Origin: Rhina ancylostomus | Lineage: Eukaryota | Direction of reading: 5' to 3' | NCBI GenBank assembly: GCA_030265395.1 | Contig: JARFYF010000052.1 | Location: 109,406,423-109,470,148, forward strand | DNA length: 63,726 nt | Shown here: positions 25,814 through 38,480 of the stretch, in pieces | Layout: each line of letters starts with the position of its first letter | How positions within the stretch are numbered: position 1 is the first letter of the stretch | Notes under the pieces: model-generated | What the model saw: the letters and a program-made list of their open reading frames with translations, nothing else | Databases searched by the model: none | What the model was told of the DNA's origin: nothing | Made by a program: the position numbers and the translations under genes

Positions 25814-27984
25814 CTGAAAAATAAGATGAGCAGTTGTTCAGTTTAATATAAAGGAGTTTAGTAAGATCTGATGTGTAAGAACCAATACCAGTTAGCATTT
25901 AATGTAGCATACTTGATTAAGTTTTCTTTTAAACTCTGCCTTTACAAGAATATATAGCCACAATGCATCTCATTTTAAATCCTGACCACTCAGATGCAGT
26001 GCGCATTCAGCATTTTTGAAGCTATTATTTAAGTTGCTCCAGGAAATTACTGCTACAGAATTGTTGGAATCATGATAACAATGCTAGAAGTGTACTCTGT
26101 TGGTAAAATATACTAAATATTTCCTGTTCCTTGCAGTTCATTATTTCATTATTATGTTTGCATGAGACTTTGAGTTCTCTCTTTACCAATCATCTACTGT
26201 CAATTTGCTCAAGGGGGCCCACATTTAGTTAATCCATTCATTAAAAAAAAATCAAATAATGAGCATTTTATTTTAGAGGAGAAGGAAAGGTAACTTGCTG
26301 AAAGCAAGTAATTCAATCATATAATCCTTGCGTCCAAGCGCAAAATATATTTGGTTTATTTTGTTGCATTCCTGCTGATAATGTCTAAACATCAAAATTA
26401 TGTTGTATTATTCTATATTAATTTACAAAGCCAATCAAAACTTGGACAAAAATATATCAAATGAAAAGTACTTCTATGAGGATTCTTAGCTTTTTCAAAC
26501 AGAGGCCTCACTGTCAAATATTTGCACTACGTGAGCTATCTCACATCCTTGGCAGTTCTATAGTCATAAGTGTACTATAGCAGAATAATTAACCTCTCAG
26601 CTAAAGCAGGTGTGAGAGATTGTTTGCATGGTATTAGATTTTACTGAAAGCCACTGTGAGGGGCAAATACTTGCCAAATGGAAGAATATAGAATTAATGG
26701 GCTGTTCTTGACTGACAATGCTGTCAATAAGTAATTAAATAATATCTGCTGATATTGGGGTTTGTGGGAAATGCTAACTCCCGATTTAAAGATCTGTACA
26801 TCCAGTCACAACCCAAAATTATACCTGCTGGTTTCAATAAGGCTGGGAGTTTCTATTTTTATTGATGTTTCTGGCTGCCTGCCTTGGACAATCTTGCAAA
26901 TTTCTTTGGGGCAGACCTAGTATCCACTAAATTGATATAAAAGCGGCTGTGAACCACTAATAAAATTACAGTCTTTTCCAAGAATTATCTGTACTGGATA
27001 ACAAAATATCTGCATCTTACTCCAGATGAATATCAAGAGGTTATTTCTGGCCAGCAACATAAATCTGAATATTGTACTGCAGTCTTACAACTTCCTTTAA
27101 AATTTAAAAAAAAATTACCCAGAAAATATGTTCTCATATCACAATCAAATGTACCCAAATATTTCTATACAAGTTTCCCATCATCTATGTTTGGTTAGAG
27201 TTTTATGGCAATTTGATTATATAAAGATCAGAAAAAATGTACTATATAGTTAAGGATTAAAAACTATGAGCACATATAAAACTACTTTACACATTTCCAC
27301 TTCAATGAAAGGGAAGGTATATTATACTGTTTCAAGCAGCACACCAAGGAAGAGTGTTGAAGTGATCAAACTTAAGTTTATTAGTACAACCTCTAACTTT
27401 GGATAAATTGCATGTATTTTCTCACTGCTGCTGGAATACAGTTTATCTCGTTACAAGGAAAAAACATGTTACACATTGTATATTTAACAGTGTCAAAAAT
27501 GGTTAGCCCTGTGTAAAAACAGGGTCAATTTGTCATTTCAATTCTTACACATACAGATGTTCATTTGCACATGATTCTATTCAATGTTCACCAACACAGG
27601 AGCTCAAATATCCAAACTTCTTTAGCTGTCAGATAACATCCTCAGTAGTTCTGACAGCAATTATGTTCATCAAGAAATGACAGAGGTCTATATTTTTGTG
27701 TACAATAACAAAACTAAATAGACTACCATTGATGTTACAATCAAGAAATCTAGCACAAACTTGAATGACAGAATCAAATATAAAACACCAAAGAAGATTA
27801 TACAAACAGTCCCTTGCTAACCAGCTCTCTGAAAGAGCTAGCCACAAGTTACATTCCTCTCCCTTTCAAACTTTATTTTCTTGTGTTAACCATGACATTT
27901 TAAATATTTTTATATTAACCATGCAACTGTCACACTTTTCAAATGAGATGAAGCTGTTGTATTTGCTGACCAATGTTAGCCTTT

Positions 27985-28392
27985 GGCTAAGACTCAGTGG
28001 TAGTATAATCAAAGCCAGAATCATCTACATTGGAGGCAGGTATAACTCCCGATTTGAGCACATAATTCAGGCTGACACTTAAGTGTAGTACCAAGGGAGT
28101 GCTGCACTGTCACCAGTACCATCTTGGAGAATGCTAAATGACCAAGGTCCTCTTGACTCCCTCAGAGGAACACATAATAACAGATAGTAGTTCTTCATGT
28201 GCTGCATCTAAAAGTTAATCCTCAATCATCACAACAAAAGATTACATAATCACCATTTCATTGGAATTTTTGACAGCTTAATTTATCCAGACTGGCACCA
28301 TGTTTCCAAAATTACAACAGTTGCTACATAATTGGTTGTAAAAGTGCTTCATACTATCTGGAGGTTCCAAAAGGTGTGCCATAAATGCAAGT
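27985..28392 (+). mobile_element. Deu-domain SINE (SacSINE1/AmnSINE-related), decayed
   Basis: ttgagcacataattcaggctgacact..gtgtagtaccaagggagtgctgcactgtc core and L2-type tail ...aaaggtg..ataaatgcaagt. Confidence 0.75.
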
Positions 28393-29002
28393 ACTTAATT
28401 CTGTGACATTATTATTTTAGGAATCAAGTTCTTATACACTTAACAATTAACAATGATAAATATAATCTATTATGACTTGCACACGTAACAAATTATGCAT
28501 TGGAATGGTGGGTAAAAATATTTAAAAAGTACCTGAGACTACTAATATTACTAATGAAATGAAGAGCCCTGAATAATTTAACTTCAATACATTGGATATA
28601 AAAACTATTTGAAATTTTGACACAGATATGTACAAGATAAAGCTAGTGGTTTAATAATTATGCATTTCTATAACATCTGTTGAATTGTATCATGCTGATC
28701 ACTAATGCAGTGATATCTAGTGTTTTGTTCAAGTATTTCTAATTACATACAAATCCGAAAAGCTGAATGGAATAATTCTGTAACTCTCTGGGAGAATTAG
28801 AAAGAATATGTATAAAATGTACAATGTTGATGAGTAAATTGTACAAGTTCATAGAGAGCGTCTTCTCTCCTTCTTTGCCATAACTCAATTATTTAAAAAA
28901 ATATATACTGACATTTAGTCTGTTATATTTAAAAAACATTCAAAATTAATTATTAAAACTAGTTACTGCTCTTCAAGAAAAAAAATCGGATACACTGAAA
29001 AT

Positions 29003-29133
29003 ACAAGAAAGACTGCAGATGCTGGAAATCTAGAGAAGCACACAAAATGCTGGAGGAACTCAATGGGTCAGGCAACATCTACAGGGGGAAATGAGCAGTC
29101 AACATTTTGGGTCAAGACCCTTCATCAGGATTA
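29003..29133 (-). mobile_element. 131-bp Penelope-derived retro-insertion with TSD and hammerhead-like 5' end
   Basis: TSD atacactgaaaat (28990-29002) / atactctgaaaat (29134-29146). Minus strand begins TAATC-CTGATGA-A-GGGTC TT GACCC-AAAA-TGTT-GACTG. Confidence 0.8.
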
Positions 29134-32100
29134 ATACTCTGAAAATTTCTGTTCACTGAATAAAAGTGGCCCAGATGTGGAATCACCAGCTGTTCCCATC
29201 ATCAAGTTCACAAGTTTTTAGGCACTTGGGTGCAAATATTGATGTTCTAAATTTCCTGAGAATTTGCTGCTAATTCTCCAACTACGCTCTGCCACTGGAC
29301 TCCCATGGCCAACAAGAAAGCACAAAATTTCACCAACTCCCTAACAGTGCATCACTGGGCCCAACACAGAAACAAAATATCCTTCAAAATATCAGTAAAG
29401 ATGGGCAGCTTCAGCAACAAAAGTTAATCAATTCATCTGCGTTTTTGAGTTGTCCAAATTTATACATTTATAATCAGTATTTTAATTTCTTGTGTTTTGA
29501 AAACTCAAAAAATTCCAACATAAGCCTTTAGCTTCTTGTTGCCCCTAATGATCCATTTTCCCTCCAATGTTGAATTTTTACTTCTCACATTACATCATTG
29601 TCTCCAAAAGAAGCACTAACTTTGCCAGCAGGACCTTTGAAAAGATGCAGCAGCCACCTCCAAGAGAATTACTTATTCTGGTTTACATGGCAATTGCAGG
29701 CAGCAAACTTGCTTGGCTCCATGAGCACTCAGCCTATACTGCTCACTTTCCACATGAACATCAGCAAGCAGTTTCTTCTTCCGTATCTCCCCAGCCATCA
29801 GAACCAAAGGCAAAATTAGGCGCCTCCATTGTTCTTTGCTCGTTGCCATGGAATTTGGCCTGCATTCTATATAGGGTGAAATTCACAACACCAAGACAAC
29901 TCGTATTAGAATTAAGTGCATTTTAAACTTTTGTCTGGTTAACAATTTTAAACCATGATTCTTATGAGTGTTACAAGAACTTTTTAACATCAAGAGGAAT
30001 GAGATTAGGGTATAAATAAAGTCTTTTCAATTAATATGCATGAGAGAAGAACTCAGAACTGCAGCCACACAGGTCATTTGAGACGCATGCAGACTGAAAA
30101 TTTTGGCTCCTTTCCCAAATTTAGGAACTTTAATGTAAAGGCATATGAGAGAAACCTTTCCTTGCTTTGATATATCCAGCTGTTGCTCTGATTTTTATGA
30201 ACTGATAAAATGTGAACTGAACATGGATATATTCAGATTGAGAATGACTTGACAATATGTGCAGCTACAGATGGCACTGTACGATTNNNNNNNNNNATTT
30301 TTTTCCGGCTTAATACCCAGGTCGACTAGTGAAGGCAGGGATTTTATCTTCCAGATCTCTGCTCCCATTAAAAAATGGAATAACACTGCACAAAAGCCTT
30401 GAATATACAGTTCCCTACTTTACAGGAAACACCCTGCAGTGTGTCAGCTATGCTACAATGTAACAGTAACCATTCAAAAGAAATGACAGAAAAGCTGCAA
30501 CTGCTCACTTCCTCTCTCCCTAATGACACAAATCTCAATATGCTTACATTGGCGCAAAAATTTCTATGGGGCAAAGTTCATTTTGTATAATGATGCATCT
30601 GCATAAAACAGAAGCTTTTATCGATAAATGGTTTCAAACTAAGGAAATCTACAAACAACAGAAATTAAACGCTTGTTTCTCAATCAGTTAGAAGCAATTA
30701 GGAGTCCACTTTTACTTGCTTAGTCAAATCTGGGCAGTTTTTCCAGCACTCAATTTAAGACGATATAAAGAATCACCTGAAAAAAAGTGTGTGTGCATGT
30801 GCTAAGAATGTAAGACTATGCACTTACATGCTGAAGGAATAAATGAACTCATACTTCGTCATACTTAACCATCTTACCGATGGCACAAAAAAACACTTAC
30901 ATTCCCAGCTGACAAAAATCTATGCTAAGTAACCCAATACAATGCGAGAAAAACAAGGAGAGAAAGTGAAAAAAAGGAATTAAAAAAATCATAGGGGAAT
31001 GTGTAAATTTTAGTTTAATTGAAACAAAGAATTATATCAAGAACAAATTCTTTTTCTTCCAAAATTGAAGTGCAAATGTAAAATGTTTGTAGATGACAAA
31101 ACTGTTACAAATATTATCCATTGAAACATAGCCATGATTTAGATGTGGCATCACACACACTTTATGTACAATTTAGCACAGTACGAGACACAAATGAATC
31201 TGCAGGTCACAGCAATGAATCCTAGTTTCTTAGCGTTAATCACAGCATTTTAAATTTATGTGTTGTAGCCTAAGGGTGAAATGTGTAGTCAATTGTCCCA
31301 TTAACCAAAAAGATAAATAAAATTGATGAATTGTTCTTTTGCTTAACTAGTGTGCACATGGTACATATTAAGGCTGTACACAGTTAACATCTGAATACAA
31401 TCCATTTTATTATTCCTGCTAGCAAACTTGGTAAAGGGATGTAAAGCAGTAACTGCAGAGAAACAACTTCTTGCAGCCTATTCTGTATATATATTTTTTA
31501 AAAAATGCCTTCATCTATATTCTAGTTATAGTCTCTTGAATTAATAAACCATAAAATACTCCTTCCATAAATGTTATGTTTCTTTCCCCCAAGGTATGGC
31601 TTGAATAATGTTCTGCTCGGTTGACACAGTAGAAACATGATGCTGGTACAACAATACTGCAGAGATACAATCATCACTAGGTGCTTGAATCAGTGTCTGT
31701 GGCAATGTAGAAAACCTGATAGAAGGCATATTATTTTAGAGGCAAGACTAATTGAAAAGCTATACAGAACATTTTGAGTTGTGTGTTCATTTAAAAAAAA
31801 CCTTACCCAGCTGTACACATTTTCAAGGACTTGGCAAACAAACCTATTCCAGATTGTAGATATACAATTAATTAGAAAACTCAAGAAAGTATAAATGCAT
31901 GCAGATTGATTCCAAACATAGCATTTCGTTACTTAATTAAATCACAACTTGGCCAATTTCCATTGTGTGATATGACAAACAGCACCATGAGGTGGCACCC
32001 TTTCTTGCATGCTATAAACATACTTTAATAATTGATTGACATTCAGCTGTATAATCACAAATAGGAGAAGAAATCCTTTATTCTGGATTGAATCAAGACA

Positions 32101-32752
32101 AAAATATCTTTGTTACAGTTCTTGCAGATTGAATTAAAGTTTGCAAAAGATGTTCCCCGATAGTTCATTCTGTTAGAAACCAAGCCATATGCAACAAAGT
32201 GTTGTACTTCACTTTCCACTTCTTGTGAATTAAATGTTCTCAATGGGGAGAACAGGCGGCAACTACAATTGGTCACAGCTTTGCTGATGAAATGTTTAGA
32301 AATAAAACATAAGTGACATATTGTAAATACTTTAAATGAATATATTTATATTTTTTAGTTTAATGAATGAAAATCATGCCACACCCTATTTGCAAATGTC
32401 TACATTTTATGAATAAAATACATTTTGGGGGAAAAAAATCCTAGATTAAATCAGGAGAAAGTACGGTAGGGATCTTATTCCTGATAACTATGTGGAGTAG
32501 ATGTACTTGAACTTTCTGTAACAAACTGACCTGCCAACAACCATCTGGAAGGATCACACATGAACTATAGTCTCTTGAATAATGCATTGGAGAGAAGCTG
32601 TATCCCCAGAAAAGGGATGGGCAAAAGGTTAAATAAACACTGTGAATTTCAAAATGTAGTTTTCTCAAAAAGGTTAAACTGCAATTATATATTATTCAGC
32701 AGAAGCAGTAAATAAAGCTGGACCTCCAGTGGCAAGGTGACATCTGAAATAG

Positions 32753-32938
32753 TGGAGTAAAAACAATCTGCTGGAGGAACTCAGTGGGTCGAGCAGCGTC
32801 AGTGGGAGGAAAGAACTGGTGCAGAGTGTCGACCTGAAACGTCAACAATTTATTTCCTCCCACAGATTCTGCTCGACCCACTGAGCTCCTCCAGCAGATT
32901 GTTTGGTCCAGATTCCAGCATCTGCAATCTCGTGTCTC
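32753..32938 (+). mobile_element. 186-bp Penelope-derived insertion with inverted arms, central hammerhead-like motif and TSD
   Basis: Arms 32761-32812 and 32853-32904 are near-perfect reverse complements. TSD catctgaaatag (32741-32752) / catctgaaaaag (32939-32950). GACCT-GAAA-CGTC at 32831-32843. Confidence 0.82.
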
Positions 32939-34499
32939 CATCTGAAAAAGCGATTTCTCATTGCACCACCACAACACAAGTAGATGGGCTGACAGTAGTT
33001 ACAATGGAATATTATTTTCATTGGTTGCAAACAGGACGCTTGTGCTGGCCAGCTAAGAGATTCCCCCCATTTTTTTTTGACTTTACATATCTTCCGCAAT
33101 TTCAGGAACAGACTGCAGACAGAAAATTAAAAATTGCAATTTGACTGTTCAATAATTGCATATGTAGTTACTTTTCAGCTGGAACTCTGAAAAGCACTCT
33201 GGAATGCAGATAGTTTTAGACTACTTATGCCTCAGAATATTGCATAATCCCTTCAAGTAATTTCTTAATTTAATCCAACAATAAGCATTGCATTTATTGT
33301 GAGAGCTTTGTGGAAATCTTGTTTATTTAACAGAATAAAGGTTAAAATCTCTTATAGTAAACATGCTCTCAGAATGGAATATACTTTTTGCCTTTTTTAA
33401 CAATTTGTAGTATGTAATTATATTTAATAGGAACCACTGTTACTCTCTTTGGTATGTTAGTTTACCGGTTGTTTGAACCAAGGATAAGCATTTTTTTTTG
33501 AAAGTACAATATATTTTAGTGTAAATATGAAACATCTTGACTGCAGTTACAGAAGTAAGCAAGGGTGGATTTATATACCCATAGCTGAAGGCTGAGAGGA
33601 TTACTGGGCAGTCAAGATTGCTTCTGTTAACCCAAGGGGACAATAGTTTGCCTTACAGCCTGTAAACTACCATCAGCATTGGTTTTATTACACCCTTATA
33701 TTAACTTTAAAAACAGGAAATGTTTTCACTCATTTTATGCAGTTTATAGCCTGTGCTTTGCAACATAAGTAGGCAGCAGTCTCTGTTCTGTTGTTCTATG
33801 ATTTTGTCTGCAGATGTCAATTAATGGCTAGTAGTGAAAACATTTTCCTGTGAAAGCTTTTCAGGTAGCCGTCTTTAATGCTTCCAATACTAATGCAAAG
33901 TAAATTAAAAATATATACAGCATATCTATCACTTAGTAGGCTTTTATGTTCTCAGGTTTCTTGATGATTATGTTGATTTCTTCCCAACTTCGAGCATACT
34001 GGTCCCCTAATTTAATATCTTTCCAGGGTACTATCTACTCCACTTAAGGTGAGCAACCAACCTCCTGCAAAAATCTCTACTTGCTACCTTCTGAAGTTTA
34101 AGAATCTGCACAAAAATATCTGGCTATGACTGCCTATATTGCCCTCAGGGCAAGCACTTGGGCTTACTAACAATGAGACTATCAACTCAGCAGCCACCTT
34201 CACTGCAGACATGATGCAAAAATGATTTAAAAAAAATAATTGCACTGTTGAACCTTGCTTGGACCCATATTAGCTGGTAATATCTTTAATTGTTGAAATA
34301 ACTCAATTCAGACATCAAGGAGAAAAAAAAGTCATGATATAAAGAATCTTTTGTACCGTTGTCCATTGAAAATGGACAACAAAAGACATTGGCCATGTTT
34401 AATAGTTTTATATTTATTCATTTATTTATTGGGATCTGGACATCTTTGGCAAGGCCAGCTATTTATTGTCCATTCTAAAATGTGAGGAGTATAGCGAAT

Positions 34500-35975
34500 A
34501 AATCGGATGAGTTGGGGGTCAATGATGGACATATGAAAGTATGATGTTTTCATTATTACAGAAACAGCTTCAAGAGGGGCAGGACTGGCAGTTCAACATT
34601 CCTAGTTGCAGGATTTTCAAATGAAATAGAATGGGGAATGAAGGACTGGGGAATGAAGGACTGAGGGATGCTGGACAATGTTGGTTAAAAAGAGAGATGG
34701 GGATAAACCATGTAATTGCAGGCTGGTTAAACTTCAGTGGCAGCATATTACTTTAATTAATTAAAAGCAAAAGTATAAAACTTTATTTAGAAAAACACAA
34801 ACACCATGGATTTTTAAGGGACAGTTTTGTCTATGACTAAAATTTTTTGAAGAGGTAACAAGGATGGTCAATGAGGGCAGTTTGCCAGTAAGGTCCCATA
34901 TGGCAGGCTGGTGAAAAGAGTTAAAGCCCATAGGACACAAAGGAGACTGGCAAACTGGATTCAAAATTGGCGTAGCAGCAAAGAACAATGAGTTGATGAT
35001 TGATGGGTGCCTTTGTGATTGGAAGGCTGATGCCAGTGGGCTTCTACAGAACTCAGTACTCAGACCCTTGCTTTGCTTGTTTATTAACGATTTATACTTA
35101 AATGCAGGAACAGTTAAGATGATGATGCAAAATTTAACCACGTGACTAATAGTGACTAAAAAAAGATTGAGACTGTAGGAAGATGCAGATGGTCTGGTCA
35201 GTTGGATGGAAAAATGGCAGATAGAATTTAATCCTTTGAAGTATAAGTTGATGTATTTGGGGAGGTGCAATAAGGCAAGGGAACATACAATAAGTGAAAG
35301 GATATTGGGAAGTGCAGAGAAATTGAGAACTTGGAGTGTATATATGCAGATTATTAAAATTAGAATGCAGGTCAATAAGATGGTTAAATAAGCAATAGAG
35401 GATGTTTTTGCTCACAAGTCGAGTCATAGAATGTAAAAGCAGGGAGATTATACTAGATCTTTACACAACACTAGCTATGCCACATACTGCATACTCCGTA
35501 CAGTTTTGGTCAGTGCATTACACAAAAGATACAGCTTCAGAGAATGCAAAGGAGATTTAAGATAATGTTGCCAAGACTGGAAAATTGTAGCAACGTGGAA
35601 AGATGAATAAGCTATGATAATTTTCTTTGGAACCTATGAGGCTGAGAGAGAGACTTAATTAAGATATATAAAATAATGTGGATCCTGGATAGTATATATA
35701 GAAAATGCTATTTCCTTTATCACTGGGAGAAGAATTGGGAGAAGGATGAGGAAATTTTTTTCATGAAGGGGTTGGTAAGGGGTTTGGAAGGCAGAAAGGG
35801 TGGTAAAGGCAGAACCCTCATCTTATCTAAATAGTATATGGAAGTGTACTTGAACTGCTGTGACTTGCAGGGCTATGAACCTTATACTGAAAGGAGGATT
35901 TGTTGGAGATCTCTTTTTGACTGGCACAGACACATAGGACCAAATGGTCTTGTGTTGTAATTTTTGTAGGATTCT
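34500..35975 (+). mobile_element. Internally deleted CR1 LINE (endonuclease, RT and 3' end fragments)
   Basis: DWQFNIP..RIF (endonuclease), FFEEVTRMVNEG, ANWIQNW, WMEKWQIEFNPLKYKLMYLGRCN, and a 3' gaccaaatggtct hairpin remnant. Confidence 0.85.
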
Positions 35976-37589
35976 TCATATATATGAACCATCTAAAATA
36001 TCTACTGAGAGGCTAATACAGTACACTTAGTGACAAGCTAGTTATTGGCCCCCAATGAAAAGATTCAATGATTTTTTAAATCTCTCAGTATCCTGTAACA
36101 TACATGCGACATGCAATTGTTTTTATACATCAATGCAAAACACAAATACATGTATTTATGGAGTTGGACAAGGTCATAATGTGAGCTAAGAGCATGCAGA
36201 TTACAGTGTGCAGATGAAGTCTGAACAGCGTAATGCATATCTAACAATCCTATAATACATAGATTGTTTGCTTGGGGATAGGTTTTAAAATTTCTATAAA
36301 CATAAAATAGAACTATAACTTTACAGTGCCAGCACTACACCTTTAGCACTATCCTACATTGTGCTTAATCTTAAGTGGTTTTATTGTCTACAAAGTCAGG
36401 CCTGAGCTTGTTGACACAAGTCCATTACTCACAATGGTGCCTATGGTCATCCTCAAACATGCTTACCTAACTGTGGAAGACTGCTCCTAGCTCCAGCAGC
36501 CTGGTCTGAATAGTGGCAGGGGCTCAGAGGCTCCANNNNNNNNNNAAGGAACCTCCAACCAGACAGCCTTAGATAGCTGCTAATGCCCCGTCTCCTGAAG
36601 CTGAAGTTGTAAGGCTTTCTTGAGAGTTTGGTGATTCCCTAGCAAAAATGCCCGTGAACCCCATCAATGCTGCAGTTAAGCTACTGAACTCCAATGGGAA
36701 TCCAATGGTGGAGCAAACCAACAAATTTGGTATTCCAGATGGGTCAGTGACTCCAGGACTTCTGCGTTTGATTTGATTCCATTTAAACAGGCAAATGCTG
36801 TTCAGAACCACTACTGTATACCAGCAACATATGACCAATGCTTCTCTTAAAACAGTCCAGAAGTCATCGGAGGCCAATACCTCTTTCGTCCCTCAAGGCA
36901 CTTGTTGCTCCACTTATCAGCAAGCTTCCCATCACTGCTTACTTGACTGTGAAGTATTTACTTTGGTAGTATTGAAATATGACCCTTTCTGTTTTCTTGC
37001 TGTGCAAAGGGAACAAATGGGCACTATTTGTAGATAGACACATTCCAACTTTAATGCAACAAATTAAAGCCAGTTCAAATAAAGCTAAACCAATTACCAA
37101 TCAGGGGGTCTTCCTCCTCCCCCCCCCCAATGTTGTGTTGGAGAAGCACAAGAACTCTTCTCAGGAGCTATATTCAATGGCATGTATGAAGGCATATTCT
37201 CAGTGGATTGGAAAGTGCAGTCTCAGTTTCCATCCCATCACTCTGGTACAGCATGCCGTTAAGAACAAGGTAGTGGTTTGTCTTTGTGAAAATGGCAATG
37301 ACAACAAACTGGAGTAAGCTTTAATAAATGAGACACTAGAAAACAGAGTTGGCTTTCAAATGCTCTCTTTTTTTAAAAAAATACAACTTCATAGCTATTA
37401 TCAAAAATGACAAGGCCATAAAAATCAGGTTTTGAACAAGGGGGAAATCCTCCTGCCACAAAGAACTTGGGTGCAATAATCAGCTCTGCTATTTGAGAGG
37501 TAAAGGCTGTGTTATCAGCATCTATTTATCTTGCATCTAGCTTGTCATAATAGCAGTTGATTTCTCCACCAAAGTTTTAGTGGTAGAAG

Positions 37590-37835
37590 TAGTCGAGTCG
37601 AGCTCAAGTCAAGTTGAGTTGAATCTATTTATTGTCATATATACAAGTACATGTATGCACAGGTGCAGTAAAAAATTTATTTGCAGCAGCATCATAGGCA
37701 CATAGCATTAGAGAAACAACATTTACAAAAAGAACATAAATTTTACAAGAAAGAGAAGTAGACAAAAAGGTACATAGTGGTGTAAAATGGTCATAGTGTT
37801 GCTATACTTAGGTAGTGATAAGGGTTGTGCAAGTA
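37590..37835 (-). mobile_element. Non-LTR retrotransposon 3' end (Rex1/Babar-like) with pentamer microsatellite tail
   Basis: (agtcg/agtca/agttg)n followed by tttattgtcatatatacaagtacatg...gcagcagcatc. Confidence 0.6.
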
Positions 37836-37989
37836 GTGCTGTTCATAGTAAATAAATTGTGTTGAAATTCACAAGGCATGGAGAACCAGAATGCACAACC
37901 AGACTAGTTTATTTTAAATGCAAAATTTGTTATTAAGTACAGCCATGTCAAAACTATTAATATACAACTTGTAACCCTTCCACCTTTAC

Positions 37990-38480
37990 CTCTAGACTTG
38001 ACTATTCCAAAGCATTCTGGATTAGTTTATCTTCCACATTTTATAAACCTGACCTCATCCAAAATTTTGCTCTCCATACCCCAAAATCATAGTATGCTGC
38101 TTAGCTATCACTCTTATGTTAGCTAACATACATTAATGGCCATTTAAGCAGAGCTCAATTTTAAGATTCAAATCGCTCATGGCTTGGTCCTTCCTGTTCA
38201 TTACCTTCATTCCCACAAACTACTCTAATACCCCAACTCAACTAAAATATATCAATGTTCCATCAATTCTTTCCTCTCGCCAATCCCTGATTATTAATTG
38301 CTCCTCCACTGGCAGTTATGCCTTTAGATGCTGTGGCTCTTAAACACTGGAGTGCCTTCACTAAATTCTCCATCCCTGTACCTCCTTTTGCGTGCTCCTT
38401 AAAACCGACAGCTTAATCTGCTCTAACTTCTCATGTGGCTTCATGCATAATTTTGTTTGATAATGCCTAGTGAAGTGTCT
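37990..38480 (+). mobile_element. L2-clade LINE 3' fragment
   Basis: tacctctagacttgactattccaa encodes TSRLDYS. The 3' part resembles 8770-9050 and 15430-15730. Confidence 0.65.

Noticed and set aside
28990-32950. Shared CTGAAA in two TSDs as a target-site preference
   Set aside because: Only two cases, the elements are in opposite orientations, and the background is AT-rich.
34633-34665. Short tandem duplications (ggggaatgaaggact x2; also near 24031 and 38481) as a CRISPR-like or functional array
   Set aside because: Two-copy slippage duplications without spacers in a eukaryotic genome.
34761-35375. 204-aa hydrophobic minus-strand ORF
   Set aside because: It is the antisense frame of the decayed CR1 RT region.
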